Positions 38,227 to 50,284 of a stretch of DNA of 64,000 bases are shown here, piece by piece. This DNA comes from Perna viridis (Eukaryota), in the NCBI GenBank assembly GCA_037379345.1, contig CM074515.1:3782001-3846000 (forward strand), given 5' to 3'. The position numbers were made by a program, and so were the translations under genes. Numbering within the stretch: position 1 is the stretch's first letter; each line of letters begins with the position of its first letter. Under the pieces are notes generated by a model. It was given only the letters and a program-made list of their open reading frames with translations, did not search any database and was not told the DNA's origin.

Positions 38227-41200
38227 TAACAATAGTTTTCAGGATATGGATTTATCAAAACATGTAAATACAAAATACATGTATATAAAGTCAAAAGATG
38301 GGTGTATATACCAAACTTTCTAACATTAGCTCAACTCACACTCCAAGGAAACTCACAAAAACATAATTTCTGTTAAAGGAGACAAAATATACACAAATTA
38401 CTAAAACAGTAAACAAGACTAGTACTGAGTTTTGTTCACCAACCAACCAAAGATGGTTTCTTAATTATATAAGGTAAAAAAAACACGAATTAGTTTTAGC
38501 TTAAAATATCTCATCTGATATTTTAGAAAGTGTAGAATATCAATAATACTCAAAATACAGGTAATTACAGATCCCATATTGTTTTCCACGATGTACAAAT
38601 GTCATTAAATTTTCAAATTTGATCAACTATAAGGACTGAAAATGTACCAATATTACTGATATGTAAAACAAATTTTTACTTGTCTAATGCATTATCAAAA
38701 CAGAATTTATTTCATTGTAAAATGGTAAACATAGGAACTCTAAGGGAAATAACTTGTTGTAAGTTAAGATGCAGTTTATGTAAAGCCTTGAAGATTACAC
38801 AATAAGCAAGCATGACAATAATGATATGTAAAATGGCTTTTATAAAATATGTACAAATTTGTAGTTTCTAAGTAAAGGATTTCATTTTAGTAAAATAAAT
38901 AAATGTATAATTCATGCCATTAAAACATGTATATTTCAACCTATAAATAATACAAACATGCCATTTAACTGGTGTAAAACACCATAAATAAAAAAAAATA
39001 TTTCCAATTTAAGAATTTAAAACATTAAAAATACCACACAAGAAAGGTAACACAGGCATAACTTGTTTACAAACAAAATATAACTTGCCTCTATGCCTCT
39101 AGTGTTACAACAGAAATGGAGATTTTTTTTTTTGTATTTCAAGCAGAACTCTTTACATAAAACGTTTCATTAAGGTTGATAAAATAAATCAAATGAAATG
39201 ACCGCATCTTTGGCAACTGTGTTAATTCTTATTTTATGTATAATTTGGTTTGATATAGTTCAAAAAAAGGATTGCTGAGGAGTTGCAGTCTCTAGTTTTA
39301 CTTGTCTTAACAAGTTAGATGTCAATGGGTGTTAGCAAGATAAATTCTAGTTTGATATTATTAAAATCCCCAACATTCAAAATAAAGAATTTCTATCTGT
39401 CAGTACATTGCTACCTGTTAGGACTCAATAATCTCACCATTCAATCTTTTAAATTATATTTAGTGATTTTGTCTGTAATTCTTCTTTTATATGATAATCA
39501 TATTCAAAGATTTTTTTCACATTTATTTTTTTAACTTGTTGAGCAAAATAAGACTTCTTTATTATCAACAGCACTCTTTCTAAACCTTAAGGGGATAATG
39601 ATTTCTTGTTAGATAATAAAGATTTTAGCCATTAAAAAGGTTTATCTATTTCATCACACCAATTCTTAATATGTATGACAAGAGGACACAAAATATTCAG
39701 ATAAACTCATTGTATATCAAATCTAAGCATTCAACAATTTGACAAATCCCCAAAATAGCATTATTTAAATCAAATTTAATTTGACTGAATCAGTTTTTTT
39801 TAACAATAAACCATCTGACGCACACTTGTATATAAAAAAAAAACAGTGCCAAGATCATTAAACATTTAATTTATGTCAGTTGATATAAACCAAATCAGCA
39901 CAGAATGGTAGGATTTAGTCAGACATGAAACATATATATCATTGGAGAAAGTATTATTGTTTAAACAACATACACATCTCTGTGTTTTTTCTTTATTATC
40001 AACTTTTCCTAAATGTTACAAAGTACATTACACAAAGATCAACAATATACATGTATCAATTAACCATAATGAATAAAATTAACCAATTGAAAAAATATCA
40101 TTGTGTTAAAGAAATTCTGACAACAAAAGACTTCAGTTTAATATATCCTTTAAGCATCTAAAGGAGAATTTTAAGAAGATACATGTGTTTTGTGCATGAC
40201 TTTATCAACCTACCAACATGAATTTCCTTTTATACAGCAGATAAACAGCTTGAATTATTACATTTATTTGTTACACATATGACGAAAATAAATGATAACA
40301 TCAGCTACATCTGCAGGACATATTTATCAAAATCAACAATGTCATACATCTGTTTGTCTAACTGAAGGACACAAAGACAATTACCTCTTAAATTCAACTT
40401 TGAGTATGATACCATGGCTATAGATGCTGTCTACACGTCTTATATTTAAATTCAATATACATTAGATTCTTTAAGCGGAAACGTAGCTTCCTTATCCTTG
40501 AATTATCTCTCTTAGAATAAATTATAAAATAATGTTCCTTTAGAAGGCAATAGAAACAGATAAACAAATATGATTAAAACAGATTGTTCATCAGTAACAA
40601 GATAACAGCACTAACAACTAAACTTAGCACTAACAACAGTTATGATATGTTATATATGACACAACCTACAGTAATTACAGGACTATGTCCCTCATATGGA
40701 ATGATTCTTTACAGAAAACAAGGTCAATTTCTTACACAGCAATATCAAATTTGGATAAAAAAATAAATTTAGAACCCCTAAAAAAAAAGTTCGTTTTTTT
40801 TTTTGGTTCATTAGAGGACCTGTTTAGCGCTTTCGTTACCGAGACATAACAGCAGTGTAATACATTTACTTCTTAGTAAGATGGCTGTTTTCAACCAAAT
40901 TTACCAAAAATTGAGCCTGCATGGCCTGTGGAAATCTTATGATACAACCAGAAAAGTGGGCATTCTCAAGTCACCCCTGACATAACCCTCAGAAGTGGAA
41001 CAATATTCTTTAATTAATAATATTGTTAGTCTTGACTCATGGAATGTTTCAAAATACAGAAGAAATTACCTGTAAGCATACTCAAGAAAATGATTTGGGG
41101 ATTTATAGATGAAATAAGCTTACAACACTGATGTCAAACTGTGGATTTCCTTATGCTAAAACATGGCACATTTTAAATGAACAAAATATCAGTTCATGGA

Positions 41201-41903
41201 TTTTAGAAAAGATCAATTGTAAAAAAAAAGTATAAATCAAAAAACAAAACATACTTTTAAATAACAATGTCTGTATAGATATTCATCATACTTTAGAGGA
41301 TACAGATACATTTATCATCCTGTTTTATACATTTTCTAATAACCATTAAATTCTCAACATAAAGGTTTTAAGTTACTCCTGGACACAATGGTAATATCTA
41401 ATACTTGTTTACTATAATTTTTTATTAAACTTTCAAATTTCCTGTTGGAAGATTGTACAAATATTTGGCATGAAAAATCATTTAAATATGTGCTATTTAT
41501 CACTGTCAACTAAGCCTTTGAATGACATGATTTGTAACAGTATAAATTTTCTGACCATCAGAAATTATGAGGTCTAATGTTTGAGATTCTAATAAAATTC
41601 TGAGGAAAGTTCAGAAATGATTGATAAAGAGAGTTATTTTCCCTAGTAAGTTGTATACTTAAAATATAACTGAACTATGAACGTTATTGCTACTAGTTTC
41701 TCAGACTATAATGTTTAGACTATTATCGAAGTTACAAAAGGTAAGAAGGATCCCCAGTACTAATATTACCATGATAAATAAGGAAATACATATACCAAAA
41801 TAGTTCAAAACTTATGGATAAACTCTAAGAATAGAAACAACTGATGATATAATACAGCTTTGGCTGAAAAATTGCACACAAATAAGAAAACACATAAATC
41901 ATG

Positions 41904-44900
41904 TCATGATTTTTCTATCCGTTCCTTTTCTTTTTCTTTCTCCTTTTTAACAAGTTCTTCTGCCATTTTAAAGTACTTTGAGAATTTAGCTGTGTGGTCC
42001 AACGGCAGATAAACATATGGACTCATGTTAAAGGCCTCTTTGATGCCATATTTTTTAATGGTGGATAAATGACAGCGACTTAAGTGGTAACGATAAGTTC
42101 CTTTAGATGCAAAATGTCTACTACATGCTACGCAGTGATATTCCACAGCAGAATCACTACCACTGTCGCTATGACTACCTTCCGACAACATCTCCTCCAT
42201 CATTTCCTCATCCTCCATTTCTCTTTTGAGGGAGAGATTCAGAGGAATAGAAATTTCTGGAGATCCATTCAGGACGGTCTGACTTGGCATTTTCATTCCA
42301 GGAATGTCTGTTTTAGTAATGAGTTTTTGTAGTTTATCTAGGGGATGTTCACTGTCTAACGATTGTCCATAAACAAAGCTGCTAAGTGAATCTAGAGCAG
42401 ATGATTTCTGTGATGTCTGTTCCTCATCGTCAATATTTAAATATTTACTACTCAAAGATTCATTACTTGATTTCACCTCTTTAGAGTCAGCAGAGTCTAA
42501 CATTGCTTTAGGACTTGGTTGTCTTTTATTAACATTTTCACACAGTTTCTCCAGTTTCTCAAGCTCATCTTTTGTAGAATCACTTGCTTCACTTTCCTCA
42601 GACTCAGATGAAGTCTTTTTAGCCATGTTTTCCATCAATAAAGATGGCTGAAAGTACTTTCGATACTTTTCAAATTTTAGTAATGGACTTAAAGATTCTT
42701 GCTTTTCAAACACATTCATTTTGAATTTATTTTTACCATAACCAAACTTTGAACTAAAGCTTTTCTGAATGAAGGACTCCATTGCTTGAAGAGCTGAGTT
42801 TCCTTCCTCCTCATTTCCAACATCTGCCTCTGGATTCAAAATGTCTAATTTCTTAGCACTTAATTTAAGTGGACTACTCATATCAGATCCTTCCTTTTGT
42901 CTTTTTTCAATATCATTTTCATCCTGTGGTTCAGTTTTAATAAATTTCTGTTTAATTAAGTCAGTTTCCAGTCCATCTATTTGTTCTTTAAAATTAGGAT
43001 TGCCTTCAGATTCAACCTTCTCATGATCATTTTCAATTTTCACTTTTTCTGCACTTTCTTTGTTTTGTTTGTTTTCTTTGGAATTGTCATTGCATTTTTC
43101 ACTTTTCTTTTCTTCTTTCAAAGTTTTAGATTGTAGATTGTTGACTTGGGATTTCAATTTTTCAATTCTGGATTCAAAGGCCTCTACCATTGTTTTATGA
43201 AGACAACCACGAACATGTTCCACAAAACAACTTGTTTCAATTCTATCACCACAGTTTTCACATGTGATTAGACTGTCATCTGCTAGATCACTATCAGGGC
43301 TACTGATATTAGACCTATCCTGAGCTGGTGATGACCTTGATAGTGGTACCTTTTTGGTTTCACCATTCACTTCAGTACCTTGCCGATCATTAGCTTTCAG
43401 AGGCAGATCAGTGTGATTGTGAGATCTGAGTATGCTACGTTTATGATGACCAGACAGAATCATGTGATTAGCTAATCCTTCCATATCTACAAACATACTG
43501 TTGCAGACTTTACATTTGAAAACACATTCTCTGTCCACATCTCGGTCACAGTAAGCTGAGCATTTATGAGTACGACGTCCATGCTCAGAACTTACAATTT
43601 TTGTGTAGTGCTGAGTTTGCATCATATGAACAGTCAGCATTGGCAAAGATTTAAAAGATTCACCACATTGCATGCAGCGTAATATTCTTTTAGTCTGTTC
43701 AGACTCGGTATTTAACCACATGTCCTGCCCACGTACAAGTTTAGGATACTCCATTAAATTTGCCTTTTTGACCCCAGCAGGCAAATGTCCAGTCTCCTGA
43801 ATATGTAAACTAAGGTCAAATAAAGATGTAAATGTTTTAGTACAGACACATTTATGCCTTGTGTGTTTGTCTTCATCACTTTCAACAGAATTCTGATGTT
43901 TAAAATTGGAATTCAAGTCTTTATGATTTGTAGCTGTAGATTCTGAACCTTCACTTGAGGATTTCTCTAAAGTTTCAACAAATGGTGGAATTGGGCTTTT
44001 TTTCTTTGGCAGAGGAGGTATGGAATTCAGCAGAATATTATCAGCACTACATGCTTTGCTGTATAAATCATATGACAAGGCATGAAGTCCTTTCATCGGC
44101 TTCTGTAACAAGCGAGTATGATAATCACCCCCAAATTTCTGCTGGAGACTTTGTAGACTAGATTTGATGGAGTCGGGGAACAGTCCATTACTGTATTTTT
44201 GACGAGACTTTAATTGGATGTCTGATGAAGCTGATGAATGTTTAACAGCACTTGATGAATATGAGGCTGTTGACGAAGAAGGTGATTTCAAGCCTCCAGT
44301 TTTCTTAGACAGATCAAGAGGCTGTTCATTTTCATAAGATTTTGCACTAAATGGATATCCTAGAGCACTCATAGATGATAAAGCTGCCGGTGGAAAAAAT
44401 AGTTTGTTAGAATATTGTTTTGATTTCAATATGTGTTGTCGAGGATGTGTTGGAGCATTTTTAACACTGGCTAGAAATGAAGGTGTTGAAACCAGTGGAA
44501 TCTGCCATTTAGAGGCAGCTACATGTTCTTCTTTAAACACCTTTTTAGGTGGTGAGTGGTGAGGGCTACTCATAAAGAGAGGTAATGGATCTTGTCTCAT
44601 TAGTCTTTTCAATGGTGGAGTTTCTGAACGACTAGATTCTTTCTGATCTTTTGAAGTTAGATTGTCTAACTTTTCCCCTTTGTCAACAATCTCATCATTA
44701 CAAAGGGATGGACTTGACTGCTTTTCCTTCTCAGAGAGATGTTTTTTCAGATCATTTTCTCCATCTTCTACTTTCTCTGAATATTCCTGTGGAGTCATAG
44801 ATTTTGTATTGTCATCAACCTGATTATCTTCAATGATCAACTTATCATTAGTACTCCCATCAGAGTTAGAATCTGTTTCCATTACTTGTTGATTTTCATT

Positions 44901-44965
44901 GTTATCATCATTTTCATCCATCTCTTCATCACTTCTATTGGTGTCTTTGGTCTTCTCCTCACCAA
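41904..44965 (-). CDS. tsh: Teashirt/tiptop (TSHZ family) zinc-finger repressor, main coding exon; 5' exon not found in window
   Basis: 1005-aa ORF extends 44 nt upstream to a TTTACAG acceptor (44966-44967), phase 1, as in TSHZ genes with a tiny first exon. Has Tsh-type widely spaced H-x4-H fingers (LSLHIQETGH; LRCMQCGESF...HMMQTQHY; CKVC...NHMILSGHH), the protostome Tsh/Tio motif PKLVRGQDMWL, CtBP motif PLDLS (plus PLNLS), SALQAMESFIQKSF, HPLDKLQKL, a Tiptop-like C-terminal finger FASKGTYRYHLSRCH and a KFSKY..MAEEL tail. No homeodomain recognisable. Confidence 0.93.
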
Positions 44966-47812
44966 CTGTAAATATATAAATACTGATTAGTAAGGTAATA
45001 CAAGGTCTAGCTAATTAAATCTACAGTAAACCAAAACTTCTTACCATGAAACAGTTTTATTTTTTTGTCTTATTAGAACAGTATTATTCTTTGGCTGAAT
45101 GTGTTACAGAAAGTTTTTTTCTTTTTCGACAGGTTTGCTCACTGGAGATTGTCACGGCAAATACCATACCTGATTTAAAACCGCAACTTCAGAAGAAAAA
45201 AGATCTAATAACTTTCCTAATTCAGTATAGGTCTGGCAAGACATACTTCAACAGTATGTAAACTATTAACAAATTCCTGTCATTATATCCTGTTTAATGA
45301 CTATTTACATGAACATTGTAAAACTGAAGTGGTGTACAGTGTTCATTGGTCACACTACCATTTCTGTGCATATTTTAAGTACATTCCATTGCACCATGTG
45401 ACAAATGTACCAACTGTACCAACTGTCAGAGACGGACACAACAAGTCATCTCAAGTTAGATTTATTACTTGTTGACGTTCTTGACAGGCATATGATTGTA
45501 TTACAAGAAACTGGAGATTTAACCATAAAAACAAGGATAGGTTTCCATTTTAAGAGATATTTTAAAATGGGTGCAATCCATCACATTATCAGGGTATTTT
45601 TAAGCTGGTCTATAAATATGTCATAAGACGGTATATAAACTGACAGTAAATCTGCCTGAGATTTAATGATATATGACATTACAGTCAACAGAATATTTCA
45701 TCTCAGTGATAAAATAATAATACATTCAAAATTGAATAAATATCTGTATAACATCAAAGTTTAGTACTGGTGAAGGCAGAAAATTTGGACAAACCATTAT
45801 CTTTGATTCACTGTTTTTGACTCTACCTTATGAAAACAATTTTATTATTTAAATGATGCATAGCCTTCTCTGTAATGATGGGAATATAGAACTAAAAATT
45901 ATAAAAGGTTTTGATGACAAGAGCTATATACCTGACTCTCTGGGCTTACCCCCTGTTAACTGGATAGTTTATGGAAATATTTCCTGTTCAGTGTTCCTTA
46001 GCCTGAGATTCATTGCAAATATATATTTCTATGTCAGCTTATATTGATTTACAATGTCATGTCTGTGTTTTTATGAAATTTGTAGGAAAATAAATCGTAT
46101 AAAAATCAATGAAAAATGACAGAATACATCTTTTAATTCTGAGAGGCTGATGAATTAGGTGTTCCAATGAAAAGAAATCCACTGATCCCATAAATCATAG
46201 GAAAATGGCCTTAAAATAAAAGATTGTGATGTCAGCCTGAATTGATGAAATTGATGGGAAAGGTACAAAAATCAATGACAGAGCTATATAAATTGTCACA
46301 GCTACATTGACAGATTTCTACCTTACAGACTCATTTTTTAAAAGCTTAATATAAGTTAATTCAGTCATTATTCTGTCCTTTATTAAGGATATTAAAGATG
46401 CCATCTATCAAGCCTGCCATCCTTATATATAAATTCAAGTTCTGTAAACCATGAAAATTAGGTTGAATCATTAAGAAATGTAATATCCAGTAAATATGAA
46501 TATTCACTTTGAAACAGTCTTAGCCTTAAATTTTACATAATTAAGAATATCATGAGTATTTATGGCCAGATAGTGTTTCCAACATTTTAATTTGCAATTA
46601 AAACTGTAAACAAGCTCAATATCTTTGATCTGTGACCTTGAAAAGTGTTTAGATTAAAGTTTTTCTAAGGAGCTAGTAAACATGTGCAAAGTCCATATTA
46701 TGCTATGAAACCCAAAATTAATTCCAATAAAACAAAAAAAAAACAACTTTATTTTAATGGGGTAGGTTATATACTTACTCCAATTTTTCATGTACTTCAG
46801 CTTAGAAAGAGCACAGCATGTTGTATGGTTATTCATACCAGTAGTTTAGTTCTATTGAAACTTGTATCATTATAGTTCAATACTTAGCAAGAAAATTTAT
46901 GAATTGTGCACAAATGTGCAGCTTAGCACTTCTTGATCAGAACTATAAAATGCCATAAATTTGTTACAAAAACAGTATTACAGCATTAAATCTAGCAAAG
47001 GAGGAAAGAGTTATAGTCTTCTGGCAGGATTACTTAATGAACACTTTCCCTGAAAATTATAACCCTACTGAGATGACTAGTGAGTGTCAATATTATGAAA
47101 TAATGAACTGTCATATAATTTTAACACAGTTAAGTGGGTTACCCTAAAAAGAATAGACCATCTTAAATACAAAATTAAGTAGTTAGTTAAAATCAACTTA
47201 CAAGTCTCCTGAACATGACATATAAGTCCTGTGTTGAAGCATTTGTCAACGGAACAATGATCTATAATTTTGTCGAGAGTTAAAGTCTTAAATATGGCAT
47301 TGAATAACTTGAGTCATTGAAGTGCTTACTTGAATAAAACACTGCAAAAAAAGCCACTAAAAATCATTTTTGGAGGTTGCCTCATTACACACTGTAATCA
47401 CTAAGAGCACCTCCCTCATCACCTTTCTGTATGTGTAGTTATAAAAAGGTAAAAAGAAATGTCTCCCTATTTCAGTTGGTTTTCATAAAAAATGGCAAAC
47501 CAAAAAAAAAACAACTTTTACCTGCTTAAGTTCAAAGGAAACAGCTGTTCTCATAAAAAATTGGTAGACCTAAACACCACAACCATATTTATTCAGATAT
47601 GGTAAGATGGGTGAAAGTAAAACCTATTACTCTCTTTGGACTAAATGCATTTTGGCACAACCATAATCACACATTCAAGTAGAATATTAAGTCTCAATCT
47701 GAGTTTGTTATGAACATTCTTCTGTCTGTTATTAGGTTACTTATTTATTCCCATTCATTGTAAAAATATGTATATCTGCATATTCAATAGTACTTTGCAA
47801 AAGATAAAATAG

Positions 47813-47876
47813 TAATGTTTCTTCCATCTACATGGGTAATTCTATAATGTTTCTTCCATCTACATGAGTAATTCTA
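47813..47876 (+). repeat. 32-bp tandem duplication
   Basis: TAATGTTTCTTCCATCTACATGRGTAATTCTA x2. Confidence 0.85.
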
Positions 47877-48120
47877 TCAGTGCAGTGATTCTAAAACATC
47901 TAATACTGGCTGTTACCCCAAACAAAATTTTCTCAAAATCATAATATTCCCAAAAAATAACAATCTGTCCCTGCTTTTTTGGTTCCAAATTGGTAATTTT
48001 CTTCCAAAGTCCAACAGGAGTGGGGATTTTTGAATGAAAATGTGTAACAAAATCACTGCAGTAATGTCAACAAATTAGTAACCGTCACGTTTTATCTTTT
48101 TCCAAAAGTAGATTCAGAAG

Positions 48121-48251
48121 AAATATAGTAGATAGGTTCATATAATACTAACATAAATATAGTAGATAGTTTGATATAACACACTAACAAAATATAGTAG
48201 ATAGGTTGATATAACACACTAGCAAAATATAGTAGATAGGTTGATATAACA
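48121..48251 (+). repeat. 35-bp minisatellite, ~3.7 copies
   Basis: AAATATAGTAGATAGGTTGATATAACACACTAACA. Confidence 0.88.
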
Positions 48252-49436
48252 GAAACAAACCAGAGGAATGTGGCTATTATTACCAAAAAGTATTCATTTT
48301 ACTCTAGAGAAAGGATAAAATTTCTCTGTTTCTTTCATCTTGTATTTTTATAACTTGAAAAAAGAAAGACTTTGTTGGGTGCTAGAAACTATGTAATGGA
48401 CACCTCTACAAAGGTTTGAGCACATTACTGATTCTAACTGTATGTATAATGGTAGATTTGATATTTTGCACATTTTTACTATAGTGAAGTAAAGAAGTAT
48501 ACTTCTAGTTACTTCAAAATATATTCTCCACACTATTTATAAACATAAGAAAAAAACAATTTTAATCATCTTATAAATAGCAAATTATAATTTGAAATCA
48601 AAGACAACAAAACATGTGTTAGTTATTACTTTGCTATTATTACATAAGTTATATTTAATCCTACCTTCATGAGCATTACTGATCATAGTGACAAATTCCG
48701 TGGTCACACAGTTTCACAGTAATACTCCATAATGAAGAATATCTGTGTTGTCAACAAATGATTAATAATTACTTTTCACCTGCTGTAACTATAGGCTCCA
48801 TTTTTTGTGTTCAGGTGTGACAAAGTTATGACGCCTTGGATGTGGACATGACTATTTACCTGCTGTTTGACAAAAAGATATCCATTTTATTGGATGATTT
48901 GTGATGTATTGATTTTCCTTGCTGATAGCTGTCAAACTTTTAACTATTGTTAAGGGCAGGTCATACAAGTGATTACCAAAGGCTGATTATGGTTATACTG
49001 TTATTTTTAATTTTTTCCGGTTTTGTTGATGTTTTTGGCTAATGGCCGATATTTTCATTTTACCTTTATGATGTTAAACAGTATGTTACCATGTTGGATT
49101 GCTCATCATTTTACACAATAAGTTTCCTTAACAGATGTTTTCCACTGATATCATGAACTATTAACTTGTTGTTATATCTACTTAATGTTTCATATCCTAA
49201 GGTCCTTTACAAAGTCTACCAGGCCACAAGCATCAACATAAAATAATAATGACATTGTCAATTTCAATAATCATGTTCACATATTACTGACAGCTGACTA
49301 ATGGAACTTGGTCCATACTACCTGTACCACAAGAAAACTATTGACAGAGGGAGAAAATATTTTGACCAAATACAATGAAACATAAATAGTATTAACAATA
49401 CAAGTTCTATATGACATCATGTTATTTAAATGAAAG

Positions 49437-50284
49437 ACAACAAGCTCAAGAGAGTCTTACTCACTCACCTGAGTACTCCACTATTTATATCCATGTAACC
49501 ACAGGACATACAAGACTCAATCATCAAAAACTTGGAATGAATATATCTCCAACTCCCATTCCTTAATAATGTCCAGTCATTTACATTGCCTCAGTATTAG
49601 CAGATATATAGGTCAAATTGAGTTAATGGAACCTTTGAGGGGCCACTAAGTCAGAGAAAATGAATGATTTTTAGAGGGCATTGCATTGATATTGTTTGCT
49701 TTTTTTTAAAAACTGGCCATCCTCTTTGGGAAAATGTGCATCATTTTTTTTCATTAAGAAATTTAGTTGGATTAACAGTACTTAAGATTTGTAGTTAAAA
49801 TCATTAATTTTAAGGAGGATAATTAGAATAAGACATGTCCTTATAACCAGTGTAGTATAGAACAGAAACACCATATCCTGCACTTTGACTAGGAAAATAA
49901 TTCATCTTATTATGGTACCATTTTTCAGCAATTTTTTGGACAAACCGAGAACTTTCATTCAAGGAAACAGCTTTATTTCCGAGATACAGGCAAACTATAT
50001 CAATGCAATGAGGTAAACAACCCTTCTGAAGTATACCCCTCTAGTTTCAGAGGACTAGACTGATTGAAACCTTCAATGGCCTCTGGTGACAATGTAATTC
50101 AATCAAGCAGAATTAATTATGGAGCGTTTGAAGAAAACCTTCCAACCAAGATCTACCAAGTAGTTTATGAGGAATTAATCTTAAAAGAAATGTTAAAAAC
50201 AGACAACAGACATTGGATGAAGCTGGATGCCAAGTGAAAACATAAGCTCATATGGACTAATGTATAAGGGTGTCAGTGAGCAAA
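49437..50284 (+). mobile_element. Old pearl/HINE-like element in the tsh intron
   Basis: ACAACAAG...TCACTCACCTGAG start; ACAGACAACAGACA microsatellite and GCCAAGTGA...AGCTCA...GTGAGC tail; heavily diverged. Confidence 0.5.

Noticed and set aside
42084-44161. Plus-strand ORFs inside tsh
   Set aside because: Antisense shadows of the long tsh exon.
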